Made by a program: the position numbers and the translations under genes. The notes below the pieces were generated by a model. That model searched no databases. It saw nothing but the letters and a program-made list of their open reading frames with translations, and had not been told where the DNA came from. A DNA stretch of 64,000 bases, from positions 1,612,001 through 1,676,000 of the forward strand of contig OZ037847.1 of assembly GCA_964035575.1 (NCBI GenBank), read 5' to 3'. Shown piece after piece: positions 1 to 14,113 of this stretch (position 1 is the first letter of the stretch; each line of letters opens with the position of its first letter). This stretch comes from Rhynchopus sp. YZ270_cl-10. Lineage: Eukaryota.

Positions 1-1139
1 AATATACGCTCGGACGGTAACTGCACCACAAATGCAGTTTATCGATTCCTGCTGAAATGACCTACAAAGAAAGAAAGAAAAAGCTGCAGGAATGCAGGCC
101 CCCTCCCCTGCAATTGTTTATATTATACAGTATGCAAATCACCATTTTTTTTTTTTTTGCCTTCGAAAAAAAAGAAAAAGAAAAGCCAACCCACAACCCC
201 TCTGCCTTGTGTTAAGCACAAAAAGAGAGTTTAGTCAATGTCCGCCATTTTGACACTCCAGACCAGTGGTGAGTGTCTGACTAGATTTTGTCTTCACTAT
301 CTGCAAGCACCCACTCCAGTGTGTACCCCGTCCTTTTTTTCTCTCGAGCTTATGTGTTCTGACGTCAGTACAAAAAAATAAAAATGGATAATATTAGACG
401 AGTTTTCAGTGTGTATAATTTTGATTATCACCGACCGTTCTACCATCTCTGAAAGGGGGGTTTTTTGGAATATTCACTTCTTTGACAATCTCTATGTCCT
501 CAGGGCCTCTGCACCCCCCACTCTGGTCGACAAGAATACGTGTGTAGCTTACCAGAGCGTCTCTGTACTAAAAGGTTTCCCCCCCCATCTGCTCCATATT
601 TTTTTTTTGTGTATCTTTTTCAGGGTTGAACGTTGGTTTCGAGGTTTTTTGGAATTGACCCGGTTTGGCAAAAGCTCGGACGCGTTTCGTGGTGGCTGAC
701 AGTTATCAAGTTCTCAAAAAATTACCTTTTACCCCCTCTTTTATTCCCACAAGCTGGTCTTTCCACTAAAATCCACCTTTTTGAAAATTTCCCCCCAGTT
801 TCAGCACCAGATCAGCTCTATGAACGTTCAACCCTTATTATGTTGTGCTTTTTCCAAGAAACGACTCAATCTCATCTTCCTCGGAAGAAGAGAAAAAGGA
901 GGGGTATACAGGTGCACCCTTTGATGCTTGCTGTTTGCTAAAGTAGCGAGCATATGAATTTGTTGTTTTTCTCTTTATTTTTATTTTTATTTTTGCGATT
1001 CACCTAGCGAGTAGGCGGGTTGAACGTTATTGGCACAGTGTGCCTGCGACGCTTTCCCTGTTGCTGCCGCTCACTGCGATTTCTTGTTGGTCTCTGCAAC
1101 GGGGTTACACATGGGGGACAGCAGTCCGTGTGCACAGTG

Positions 1140-1227
1140 CGCGACGGTGAAGTAAATGAATTGACGTATGGTTTCACCGTTGGCTTACAGTAGAACTACA
1201 AGTCAAGTCATTTGTTTCACCGTCTTG
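1140..1227. mobile_element. Degenerate CACG-type MITE (EnSpm/CACTA-like ends)
   Basis: Arms CGCGACGGTGAAGTAAATGA / TCATTTGTTTCACCGTCTTG match the CACGACGGTGAAGT TIR seen at 30184, 37823 and 40666. Flanked by TG on both sides (2-bp TSD). Confidence 0.6.
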
Positions 1228-3153
1228 TGTAGGCACCAATATCAAGATCTGCTCCCCATGTCGACACAACAAAAAAGCGTTTCAAACCTGAGCTCCCGAG
1301 GGGCGCATCCTGTCACCAAGGCCTCGGAGAGAAATGGGTGTCAAAAAGCACGACCTTTTCTCTCGAGGTCATTACCAACCTTTTTTTTTTTTTTATACTT
1401 TGTTTTTCACGAGTGCGTGTCGCTATGACAAATGTTTTTTGGTTTTTGTGTGTTGTTTTCCCCCTCATTGACCCGCATTGTCGGTGTACTTATGTGTGCA
1501 GTGGACTTCACTTTTTTTCCTTGATGTTTGCACGATGCACATTTATCTTTAATTTTTTTTTTTTGTATAGGTGACTTGGCGAGAGGTCGCATAGATCATT
1601 CAATATAGATGCTGCGCTGCATACCCGGCAAACCCGAACCCATAACCGGGTTAACAATACATCCGTCAACTGTTTCGAGGATAGTTGCAAAGTAAAACAA
1701 ACAAACAAAAAAAATCTGTTGCGAATTATTCGGCCTTCAAAATAAAAGCGACTTCTCTCTTTTCCCCATTCACTATGCTTTTGTTAAAGCCTTTTTCGAG
1801 TTGCGTACCGTGTTTTAGAAGAAGAAAAAAATGTGTTATTAAGCCCTTGACAGGGTGATTATCGATGTTTTATTTTTAAAATGTACGTGCACGACAACGT
1901 TCATATTTCAGAGTTTTTCTCAAGGTGGCTAAGCACAGGCTTGGGTTTCACCTTATCAACCTTTTACCTTTTTTTAAAAGCTTCCTCGGTAGGTTATGGT
2001 GGGAAACAAGAAGGGGAAAAAAAGCTTTGCACAAAGTGGCAGACACATATTCACTCCGACAATTCATTCAATTAAAATAAAAAAGTAAACACAAGAATGC
2101 GTTGATTCATTACATTTATTATCGTCAAACTTTCCAAAGGGAATCCGGGCACGCGGCGAGAACATGCAGGTGAGGAACATTTTGGCAAAGGGTTTTACAG
2201 GTTTACGGGATCGTAGCTGTAGACTTTGCCGTGCTTCTTTGATTCACTTACAAAGCGCCGGAAAACTCAAATAAAACCTGTATTAAGTTTGGCTGAATAA
2301 GGACAATGGAGCTCATCCTCAGGTGTCTGCATGAAGATACAAAAATTACAAATGCAAACCCCTTCAGTCTACACTACAACCAAGTTTTCAATAAGGGTTT
2401 ACAGCACCAAAATAACCCTCCAATCTGTCCATACTAATGCATAAGCTAAGTGCATGAGCAAAACCCTCCCTCAGTCAAAAAAAAAGGTCAAAACATTTCA
2501 AGGAAAAATGGGGGTTTAGGTAGTTCCGAGAACGCTATTTTTCGAGCATTTTATATTTCGCAAGAATCCGCAGCTACCTTTTCACCTTCTTCTCTTGCTT
2601 TGTGACTGAGACACAAAAGCCTTTATTGTGTTATTTTGATATTGCAGTTGTCATGAGTTGCTTTTGCATCATGGGCTACAAAGCATGGGTATGATTTGCA
2701 CCAAAGAAATGGGGGTTTTTGTTGTTTTGTTATTCTTTAAAAAAAAAAACATGACGCGAAGATGTGTCCCCCCTACCTAGCGATGCAGTGCATCTTTGCA
2801 TTGCATTGAGAGGTCCTCCCCTCTCCCCTCTCCCCTCTCATCTGCACCCCAAACCAAATTGCATCGACATGTAATTGAGTCTCCACCCCTTTTGTTCCGG
2901 TAGTTTTTTTCTTTATTCTGATTTTCCCCCTTTGAAAAATTATTCCACTCTCATCCTTTCCCCCCCCTTCCCTCCGTACACATCAACTCCGATAAAAAGA
3001 AAGCAATGTGATTAGTTCTTGTGCAACTCCTGCACCCACACCTAATCCCCTCATCCCCTCCTCACACCACAGGATCCTCCAAGAGGAGGTAGGAAAGCGG
3101 GGAGGGATTTTTTTTTTTGGTTCCCACATTTCCCCCCCCCCTGAAGAAGTGAA

Positions 3154-5514
3154 ATGGCTGTTCCGGGTGGAGTGCTGCCTCCTGCGATGGGTGGGGTGGG
3201 TGCACACGTGGTGCCCATACCTCACGCATCACATGCAGCATCTGTACCACATGCACCTCACGTAGTACCTGTGTCGCGTGCCGTACCCGCTACGTCGCAG
3301 AAGCAGCTGTCAGCATGGGAGAAGCACAAACTGCAGGAGCGCAACGGCCTACAGCAAGCGTCGGAGGAACGCGTCCATGCGACGCGAGCCGCCATCGAAG
3401 CGGAACGAAAGAAGCAGACCCAAGCAGCGCACGCCTGTGCAGAGGCAGACGCCGCCCTGCAGGCACTCCTCCTCGAGGCTGAGGCTCTCTCCACCACACT
3501 CGCTGGCATGCAGAACGCAAGTCCGCCGTCCGAGGAAGACATCGAGAAGTTGATAGCCTCCGAAATACAGGCCGACAACGATAAGATGGTAGGGCAGACG
3601 CAGATGCTCCAAAAGCTGAAGGATGCGGTCGAGGCGAGGGAGCAGGTATGCCACAGCAGGGCAGTTGGCGCTTCCCTGTTTTTGATCTGGTTTGAAGCCT
3701 TCAACAAATTCAACTATTCGCGACGTTCCCCTAATACAAATAACAGAATCTGTGCAAGGTTTAGTCAAAAAATGTGGTAATTTTGGACCGTTTTCAGATT
3801 TAACACGCTGTCACATTCCAAACCCAAACCAAACCCACCCCTTCAGGAATACATTGCAAGCGCGGACCGCATGGTGCACCGCCACCTTAACGTGCACAGA
3901 CCTGCTGCCACGATACGAACACACGAGGCTCGCCAAAGGTATACCACAGCACCCTCACTGCAAGCACACCACACACACCCACAGAATGCCTGGCTGGGAC
4001 ATCCCTGCACAGCTGAGATGTGTGCACTGCAGCATTGAGGATGAGGGTGCGGTGGCGCCGTGTCCGGAGCCGACGTTGGGTGAGGTGCATGATGTGCGTC
4101 TGTTGGTGGACCAGACTGCGGGTGATGCGACACGTCTTGATGGATATGTCCACACTATGAAGCTTGTGTACCTTGCTGTGCAAGACGAGAGCCTGCACCT
4201 GCATCCACACGACCGCCTTCACCTCGTCGGCTCGCGTCTCCAGGACACAGGCACGTTCACATGCTTCGGAGGACCCTGGTTGCACGACCGCGACGGTGGT
4301 GACCCTACCACCCTCGAAACGATGTGCACCACACTCAAACGACATCTCCTCACCCAGACAGGCGTCGACATAGGCACTACCCCACTCCGACGGCTGTGTA
4401 CCTTCCGATACGAAGACGAGGTGTGTTTCGCTGTTGATATGATGTAACCTCACCTCACACAGGAAGTCACGTACCTCACCGCCGACCCCACCGGGATGAA
4501 GCTTCTTACCCTGCATCCTTTGGCAGTGCTGGACAGCAGGCAGGTACTGTCCCTTCACCCCCTTCCACTCTTCCGACGCATACTGTTGCGATCAAGGTGA
4601 CAGCAATCATCTTCCCTTCCCCTTCCATGTCACTGTGTTTTATACTTCCACTTCCCGATCCTCAGATGGTATGCGTGAAGCCTGAAGGTGTTGCGGACGA
4701 GGACGACGAGGTGGAGGAGGTGATGGTCGCACGCGTGCTCTCCGTACCTGAGGAGCTGCTGCTGCGCGACGGTGTGGACTGCGTGGAGGGGGGTGCGTAC
4801 CCTTTTGAGGTGGCCTTTGTGTGCAGGCTGGTAGACGAACGTTTGCGGCGGTCCGCTGTACAGGGCATGTGCAGCCACCTTGGTCTAGGGCCTGTATCAC
4901 GAAAGCGAAAACGCGACAGTGAAGGTGAAGGCCTCGACACCCTCCCCCCCATCCACGAGGACACCTCCGCCCCAGACGTCCCACAAGGCCGCTGCCTCAC
5001 AGAGCTGAAGCGCATCCGTGTCACCACCATCGGCACAGACCGGGCCAAGCTCAAGCGATACCGCTACTTCGACCGCCCAGCAGCTGAAAACGAAGATACA
5101 CAGGGTTGCATCACAAAGAGCACGGTGCTCGATGCCTTGGTGTCATTGCGGTATGTTGAGGGGAAAGAGCTATTGGTCGGGGTAATTATTTTACCATAAA
5201 AATTGGGGAAGAGCTCTGCCTCTACCTTTTTGGCCCCAAGCAATGTTGGGTACATACCTTAGACTCTTGGTGGGTTATGTAGGTGATTTGTCAGCACAAC
5301 AAAATACACCCGATGTTCAAAATAAACGTTTTGTTACAAAAAAACCCCCAACAGATCCGAGAACACGCTTGCCGAGCTGGATGGGATGCTTACCACTGCA
5401 GGGTTCCCGAAGTCGTTGGGAGGCACACGCACGTACACGGATCTTTGCTCCAAGGTGCAGACAGTGACGTCGTACGACGCATCGTCCGAAGCACGCCCCG
5501 ATATTTGTTTGTAA
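3154..5514 (+). CDS. CCAR1/CCAR2-like protein with DBC1 domain, 6 exons
   Basis: Exons 3154-3645, 3847-3938, 3985-4420, 4463-4543, 4666-5150, 5355-5514 join in frame over GT-AG introns. GGPWLHDRDGGDP...QTGVDI...RY resembles the DBC1 domain. FEVAFVCRLVDERLRR and YFDR..G resemble the CCAR1 C-terminal region. Confidence 0.7.
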
Positions 5515-5773
5515 CCGTTCGACGGGGTGCGAAAGCCCCCACAACCCCTACCCTCCCACGACCCCCTCCCTAGCACAAAAACCCAGCACATTTGCTGTCC
5601 GAATTGAACAAAAGAAAAGCGCCGTTACTTCCTTTTCCCTAATGTTACCCCACTCCACACAACCCTTTTGTACTGGGCTTTGGGGGCTTGCACAGCGTAC
5701 TAGCTCTGTGCTCACCTTTTATTACATGTGGTACTGACTCATTTTTCTACAGTTTTTATTTTGACAACACAAG

Positions 5774-8700
5774 ATGCTGGCCTCACAGCTCCTCCGAGGT
5801 CCTGGGCCTGTAGTGTCGCCGCCCCCCGCTCCTCCTGTTGCTGCTGTTGTTCCGGTGATGGCGCAGGTGTCGCCACTTCGCCATCGCAGTGGTACGGACC
5901 TGTCCATGGCACAGCTTGAAGGCCTGCGGCAAGCTCACAGGACAGATACAGAACGTGCAGTGAGGTCGGCGACGGAGGAGCTGTCTGCGTACTCAGTGCT
6001 GGTGGAGGAGCGCAAGCGGCGCCTTGGCGAGAGCAACGAGCATGCGTCCTTGGCCCTCCTTGCAGCACAACACGAGGCAAAGGTGTCGTCGCTTGCCCTG
6101 CAGCACACACAGGAGCTCGACAAGGTGCGCCGTGCAGCAGACGACGCGGCACGTGAGATGCAGCTCGCCATGCGCACCATGCAGCAGCACCACGAGACTG
6201 CCGCAAGCACAATCGAGGCACGCCACAAGCAAGACATCCAGCACCTCGTCGCCAAGAGCGAGGAGCACATCCAGGCGCAGATGGCAGCACAACACGAGGC
6301 GCACACCATCACGATGGCCACCTTTTCCGAAAAGCATGAGCACTCCCTGCGCGACCTGGAGCTGCGCTGCGAACAGAAGGTCGAGAGCATGCGTCTCAAC
6401 CTCGGCGCAGCTGTGGGTAAGGAGCGCGACGAGGCGCAGGCGCTCATCAAGCGTCTTGAAGGAAGCCACGACGTCGACCTCAGACAGCTGCAGGAGCGCG
6501 AGCGCCAGCAGCGCCTTGCCGAGATCCAGTCCGCCACCGACAAGGTGCACGCCGGCGAGGCGAAGAACCTTCAGCTGCAGATGCAGGTCGTGGACCTCAA
6601 CAGCAAACTCGACATCGCACAGGCGCAGCTGCACTCTGCTGTGGAGCAAGCGAAGCAGTCGCGTGAAGGCATGGAGCACAATGTGAGGAGCCTTGTGAAG
6701 GGCATCGAGGACGAGCGTGCCGCACGCCAAGAGGCAGAAGAGCGTCTGCATCACACAATGGACGATGCACAGGCGCGTGGCGCAGCAGAGACAGAGCGAC
6801 ACCGTGTTGAGATGAGCACCACTGTGGAGCTGCACAACCAGCAGGTCACACTCCTGCAGACGGAGCTGCAGAAGCTGAGCGACTCCGAGCACACGCGTGT
6901 TGTGGCGTCCAACGCACAGAGCCGCCAGCTGGAGAAGGACGTAGCCGAGTTCAAGGAGAAGCTGCAGGCACAGCTGCAGGAGCAGCTCGAGATGATCAAC
7001 CTGCAGCACGCGCAGGAGATGAAGGACCTCCAGAGCGAGCTCCTCCAGAGCGCACGCGAGCAGAACGAGCAGAACGTTCTTGCTGTCGACAACGCGTACA
7101 TAGAGAAGGTGTGCAGTCTTTATATGCTGACCCCTTTTCACACCTTACCCCTGTCTCCCACCTCTCAACACCCCACAGATCTCCACCCTCGAACGTGGCA
7201 AGCAGGCTGAGCTGCAAAGCATGGAGTCTGCCTATGGCGATACCAACCGCATTCTTGAACATGAGGTGCAGACGTTGCGGCAGGAGTTGAAGGCACAGCG
7301 CGAGCTCTCTGACATGGAGCAGAAGACGGCTGTGACCATGCTGAAGGACAAGCACAGCAGTGCTGTGCGTGATTCGGAGCGCGAAATGCAGAGCAAGATG
7401 CAGGACCTGGCGATGGAGACGGACGCGATGCTGCGCAAGCAGGAACGTGATGCGGCACTCACACTGGAGCGCGAGAAGCTGGCAGTGGCGACGCAGTGCA
7501 GGGAGTTTGCTGCTCAGCTGCAGGAGCGCGACAAGCAGTACCAGGAGAAGCTGCAGCACGAGATCGAAGAGTTGAAGCAGCAGATGGCCGAGGCGTCTAC
7601 GCGTACGGCGGATGAGGTATGCAACCACCACACTTCCTCACCCCTCACCCCCACCCTCACCCACCACAGCACAAGCTCGCTGAGACCCGGCAAGCCAAGC
7701 TCCGCGACGACTTCCAAGAACAGCTCCGCGCCAAGGACGAGACCCACATCACCCAGCTGCGCGCCGTCGAGATGGAGAACGCACGCCTGCACCTGGAGGT
7801 GGAGGAGCGCCTCAACGCGGCAAGCGAGAAGTACAACCAACACCTCTTTGGCATGGACTCAGAGAACCGCAGAATCTACGACCTTGCTGAGGTACGGGTG
7901 CAGGAGCTCATGGCACAGCACAAACAGCAGGTATAGCGCTCTTTTACTCTTGCCATATATATTTTTTTGCACTGCCTTCGATGGGAACAGAACGTATCTT
8001 ATAATGTCAAAAATCTCACTCATTCAACCCACCTCAGGCTGAGTCGCTAAAGGAGCAGCACGACGGTGCTGTGCAGAGCTCTGTCCAGGAGCAGGAGAAG
8101 GTGAAGCAGCAGATGGAGGCGACGAGGCAGCGTGTCGAGACGATCCTTGCCACGAATGAGAAGCTTGAGGAGGAGGTGCTGGCACTGCGCCGCAAGGAGG
8201 AGACACGGGTGGCTGGCGAGGACGATTCGGAGAAGGTGATTTCGCTGCTGAAGCTGGAGAAGGAGAGCCTCATTGCAGAGAGGGAGGCTGCGATTGCGGA
8301 GCTGAACGTGAAGATGCAGCAACAGGTATGCTGAACACCCTACACGGCTTCGGTGTTCACCCACCCACCGCTGTCACATTGTCAATAATCCTTCGTTGTA
8401 ATCACCCACTGCACCACAGCTCAGAGCCTCTGAAGACGAACGTCTGACGATGATGCAGCAGCTCGACACCGCACGCAAGCAGTCGATGCTCACCATCACA
8501 GCCGCCTCCGACGCAGCCACCTTGGACCATCAGCTCCGCGACGCACACACCGCACTGCTGCAGAAGGACGCAGAGCACCAGGTTGTCGTGAGGGCGCTCC
8601 ATGACCAGGTATTACTCACCTTGTTTAAGCAAAACACACACTCTTTGCATACAGCTTGCTCTGGCCGATGTGGACGTATCAAAGCTGCGTGCAGAGCTGG

Positions 8701-9262
8701 ACCACGTGCCGCATGTGAAGACGCCGCACCCTGACATTCTCGAGGCAGAGATGGAGCGTGCCGACACGCACGCAGCACAGCGCATCCTCGACGCAGAGCA
8801 GCAGCTTGCTGCCGAGAAGGCACGCATGCAGGAGCACTACCTGCAGCAGCTTGCCGAGGCAGAGCGCCTAGCGCAGCAGCAGCTTGGCAACGTCGGCGAG
8901 AAGTTCACCGCACAGATGACACACCTCCAGCAAATGGTCAGCAGCCTGCAGGGCCGCCTCATGGACAAAGACGGCCAAGCAAAGAGGGTCGATATGGAGC
9001 TCCGCAGGGCACAGAAGGCCATTGCAGAGATCACCTTGATCTACCAGGCAAGGGAGAAGGACTTTGTGAGCGAGGCTCACCGCATGCAGATTACACAGCT
9101 TGGGTTGAACGATGGCATGAAGCAGCTGCAGCTGGAGAAGCAGTTGCAGATGAACCAAGACGAGCAGAAGCTTATGGTTCTGCAGAGCCAGGTGCAGCAG
9201 GCGCTGACGGCGATGCAGCAGGTGGTGGGGAGCTCGGCAGAGGCAGCTTTGTCACCTAAGGC

Positions 9263-9296
<34 letters not shown>

Positions 9297-9653
9297 GGGC
9301 TGGTCGCGTTTCCTTCTACGAAAGCAATGTCGACACCCAGTAGGTCTGTACCCGTGCAGAATGTGCCCATGCAAAGCACGATGCAGAGTATGCCCCAGAG
9401 CATGAGCATGCCCACACAGAGCCACCTCCGCAGTACCAGTCTCGCAACCCACAACTCCACAAAACCCAACAACATCCTCGCCCAGCACGCCTTCAGCCAA
9501 GAGCTCGCAAAGCGCAATGCTGCGGCAGCGAAGCAAAGCCACCTCGTCTCAGCACCAACAGGCGGCGGCAGTCTCCTCAAGTCAAGCCCCTTCGGGATGC
9601 AGAGTGTAGGAAACAAAATGACACTAACAAGTGACCAGCTTGCCTCCCTCTAG
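5774..9653 (+). CDS. Large coiled-coil protein of unknown function, 6 exons
   Basis: Exons 5774-7108, 7179-7616, 7670-7930, 8038-8325, 8420-8608, 8655-9653, all phase-0 joins. E/Q/L/A-rich heptads and a polyQ tract near the C-terminus. Confidence 0.85.
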
Positions 9654-10408
9654 AGTAGTTCATCTATGCGAAGAAAAGATGACGTACTGCATTCTACCTG
9701 CGTTTTATAACATTTATGTATTTTTCTTTTTGTGTTACCCTTCCTTGTCTTCACCCAACCCTTTACGCGTTTTTTTGTCTGATTCAGACGATTTTTTTTT
9801 GCTTTTCTTTGTCTTTGCCGTTACCTAGACTTTGTACCCCATATAAATGTACCTTATTGCCCCTCCCTATAATATTATACACCCCTCCTTCCTACCCTTC
9901 CTCCTGAAGCAAAATAGAGCTCCATTATTGCATCTGTTTTCAGGTTTGGATTTTGAAAAAAATAAAAAAGGCTCCCCTTTCTCTTCAATCGTTTTTTTAG
10001 GCCGGGGAAATGACATCAACGTGCCTCCCAAGCTCCCTGTCACCCAGTGATCCCTGGCTCTTACCCAACCTTTCCCTCTGTCAGTCACTAGGTGTTGTTG
10101 ACTGCAGAGTATTTGTGCTTTCATCCATGTCTGGCATCGTACGTGGGTGCATGGGAAAGTGAACGGGTTTGTTTGCCCTGGGAAATGCCATTTCCTTCCT
10201 TTTTCTGAATCACCCACCTCTAACAACCCTTCACAACCCTTCACAACCCTTCACAACCCTTCACCCCATCGCAGGAGGCCTGCCTCTTTGAGGCGGGGAC
10301 ACATTGTAAAGCTGCCTGTAGCGTCGTAAGCCGTGCCGCCCCAGTGGGTGCGCCGTGTGTGGACTGCAAGGCTGTGGCTGTGCGTGCTGTAGGCGGTAGG
10401 CCGCAGGG

Positions 10409-13400
10409 ATGACGTCCTGCGAGGAGTACTTCAGCCTCAGCACGTACCTCGGCGACCATGAGGGCGCATGGTCCAAGGAGCTCATCTACCGCAGCCTCAT
10501 CCCCGCCGCTGTCGCCGTCCTCTGGATCCTCGGCACCTCCGTGGCACTGCTTGCAGGCGAGGGGCCCCTCCTCCCTGCGTCCCTCGGCATGTATCTCATA
10601 ACATGTCTTGTCATACTGTATGTTACTCTTTGCCCCTTCATTCATGTAATCCTCCTCATCTTTAAAATACACCTTCTTTTCCCCAACAGATTATTCGCAA
10701 TCACCCTTGTCACACGAGAGGTAACGCAACGCACAGTAGAGTCCGCAGGGAGTCTCTGTGTTGCACTTCTGATCATCTTGGACTGGGGGCTTGCGTGCGG
10801 GGACTCTGGGCTTGAGGCATGGGTGATCTGTCTTGTGGTCATTGTCGGCATGTCTGCGATGGGGGCACGCGAGTCGGTCTCCTTGGCAAACCTTTCTGTG
10901 GTGTCTGTGTGGCTCATCGCACGCACCGCTGAGGAGGCGTTTTCCTTTGGGCTCTACTCGCTGTACGACTCGCACCTTGAACACAAGAAGGGGTGGGCCG
11001 CTTTCTGCGTGGCATTAGGCCTGCGCCTGCTGCCTGTCTCGATGTGCATCACTATTGACTTTATTGTTTCTGTGCAGCGGTTTCGGTCTCTCTCTCTCGA
11101 AACTCTGCGGATGACGGAGGTTGTGGTGCGCGAGCTGACGACCTTCAACCTTGACGCCGCGAAGGAGCTTCTGGACGCTATCTTCGAGGAGGAGGAGGAA
11201 GACTTCTGCACACTGCGTGACGCGTTCTTGGGCCTGCTCCGCATCCTTGCGTCGTACAAGCCGTACCTCCCGCAGACCATCCTCATGGAGCACGCAGGCG
11301 GCTACGACGAGAACCTCGGCCCCTACCCCATGGAAGGCATCCAGGTGCACCCCCTCGGCCCGCCTGAGGAGGACGACGTCATCAGTGGCAGAAGCTCTGA
11401 CTACGAAGTGGTCCCCGCAGATGTGGAGCCTGACGTCGCAGACAACGGGCAGATGCCCCTGCCGCACCTCTTGAGACAGCCTGGGCATTTCCAGCCACGC
11501 ACTGCAACCCTGATGTTGGTCACGGTGGAGTACGATCTCGCGCAGTGCGTGAACGGACCCGAAGGGCAAGTGAACACATTCCTGACGAGGGTCATGGAGA
11601 AGTCGAAGACCTTCGACGGTGTGACGCTGCACATCGAGGCAACTCGTGTGCTCGTGTCCTGGAACACCCACAAGCCGCACCACCAGCACTCCCTTGCGGC
11701 GTGCCGTTGCGCCTTTGCGTTGGATGCAGCGCTCGGTGCGGTGCTGCCCGACCAGTACAGCATTGCCATTGCGCGTGACAAATACTTCGTAGGGTCGGCA
11801 GGCATCAAGGAGCAGATGGCGTCTGTTGTGGTTGGGAAGACAGCGTTCTTGAGTGGGCTGGCCGCCTTGGCGAGGCAGATAGACGTGAAGGTGTTGCTGA
11901 CGGACTCTGTGTGCGACACGGTGCCGACGTCTGTGGAGGCGCGACCTGTGGATAGTGTGAAGGACAGCGGATCAAACAAGACTGTAGATGTGTACGAGCT
12001 GCTTGATGTGGAGTCAAACAGCCTTGAACCGCCGCTGCTGCGCACTGCGCCGTACGTCTGTGCGTACAGCCTGCTGCGCACTTTGCGGCTGACGGAGTGC
12101 ATGAAGAAGCTTGTGGAGCACCTCTGCATTGCCGAGCACGACGACCAGGCACTGCGCCTGCGCCGTCTCGTGGGGTGGCTGCGGTCTTCGACAGAACGGC
12201 TTGCGTCGTTCAAGGGTGTGGGGTACCACCGGACACGTCTCAGCTACTGGGAGGACTTCGAGGTGCAAGCGGCAGAAGCAACACCTCTCAGCGACAGTGG
12301 CGAGGAAAAGTCCGACAAGCTCCCGGAAGTGGACTACGTGTCAGACGCGTCGAGCGACTCGCTTGCCGACGGAAAGGGGCGCCCGAAGAGTGTCGGCAGT
12401 GGACGCAGCGGGCGCAGCAGGGCAGGCAGCCATGCCAGCGAGCGCGGCAGCAAGCCTGCACAGTCGGGTGTCAGTATGCTCCAGCAGCAGCTGATGTCAC
12501 AATCCTCACGGCGGGTATGTTCTTTGTTTGCTCAATATGTGTTTATTCCATTCCCTTACAGAGAGCCGCAAGCCAGGGCGGGGAAAGCACCCCTAAAGGC
12601 ACCGCCCTGAAGGAGATGTTCCACGACACCTCAAACACGACGTGGTTCCGCTCCAACAAACGGCTGGGCAAGGGACAGTTCGGGGAGGTGTGGCTGTCGA
12701 TGGGGGACACGGGGAGTTTGGTTGCTGTGAAGGTGATGGAGCTGTCTACTTTGACTGGGCGGGTTGGTGGGCGCAGGGGACGGGGACAGCGTGCACAGCA
12801 GAAACGCGAGACGAATGTGATGGACCAGCAGGAGACGATTCTGAAGGAGGTGGGGCTGCTCGAACGTCTGCGCCACGACAACATTGTGGGGTACATTGGG
12901 AGCTGTGCGATGGACGGGTATGTCTTCATTGTCATGGAGAACCTGAGCGGTGGGTCCTTGGACACTGTGCTAAAGGCCTTCAGCACTCTGCCGCTGCTCT
13001 CGATCAAACGCTATGTGCGCGACATCATACGTGGCCTTGCCTTTCTCCACGAGAACAAGGTGATCCACCGAGACCTGAAGCCACACAACGTGCTCATGAC
13101 AAACGAAGGCGAATGCAAGCTTGCAGACTTCGGCACGGCACACTTCTTCACCGACACTGCAGAGGTGCCCACAGAGAACAGAGGCACCGCTCTGTACATG
13201 CCCCCCGAGTCTCTCAACTCCCCCAACGCCGTTCCCGCCACGGACGTTTGGTCACTCGGCATCCTCATCTGCGAGCTGTTCACAGGAAGCGTATGTTCCC
13301 TACAAAAGGCTTAGAACTAGAGACAAAGTGTTTTAGACTCTGTTGTGAATAGTGTTGTTGGGGGCACCCGGATCTCCCCAGAGAGGGTTTTATCTCAATT

Positions 13401-14113
13401 TTTTGCACAAAGTTTTGAATAGGAGAACGTCCATAGGGGTTGGGTGGCCATCTCTATTAAATGTTGAAGAAAAAAACACATCTTTACACAGCTTCCATAT
13501 CAATACGAAGGGATCTTCCCAGAAGCCTTCCGTTGGCAGCTCTCGACAGGAGAAATCCAGCCAGAAATACCCGATGTACCTGAGAACGCGAAAGTATGTT
13601 ATTTTTTTGCTCTGGTTTTTTTTTTTTTTTTGCTCAGATGTTATGTCCTCAAAAGATGAGGTTCATCGTACAAAAACTCTTTTTTTAACCCTGTTGTTGG
13701 CCGCAGGATACTTATGATTTCATCCAGCTGGCATCGTATGTGGGTCAGTCGGAGGTGCCTGCATCAATAACTTCACTTTTTTTTTATAGTGAGAATTCCA
13801 AAGTAGCACCAAAAACCAAAATAAGCTTTGTGGCCGAAAAATGTACCTTATTTCACCAGATTTGTGGGTAAAAATCATTATACAATGGGTGGGGCTTATA
13901 AAAGCTGCACCAAGCACCCTCAGGCTATTATGCTCAAGCTTTTTTGTCGTACACTTTTCCTGCACCAGCGATTGGTCAGTTGCTCTCTTGTTTCCCTGTT
14001 CTTTCTACAATGTTCACTTTCCCCTTCAGAACCTGATCGAGAGATGTCTTGTGCGCGACCCTGAGAAGAGGCCGTCTTCGTTGGAGCTTGCTTCTGATAT
14101 CTTCATTATCTAA
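10409..14113 (+). CDS. Multi-pass membrane protein with degenerate nucleotide-cyclase-like domain and C-terminal STE/MAP3K-type kinase, 5 exons
   Basis: Exons 10409-10617, 10690-12514, 12562-13290, 13492-13593, 14030-14113. N-terminal hydrophobic helices. Middle region has YKPYLPQ..., VLVSWN, VGSAG and VYELL motifs. Kinase motifs GKGQFG, VAVK, HRDLKPHN, DFG, YMPPE, DVWSLG. Confidence 0.85.

Noticed and set aside
5935..7141. Long minus-strand ORFs opposite genes (also 11401-12213, 62684-63778 and others)
   Set aside because: They are antisense shadows of GC-rich coding exons, with no motifs and no independent support.
10052..10070. CCCTGGCTC as the start of an ingi/L1Tc retroposon signature
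   Set aside because: The similarity stops after 9 nt and no HDV-like fold follows.
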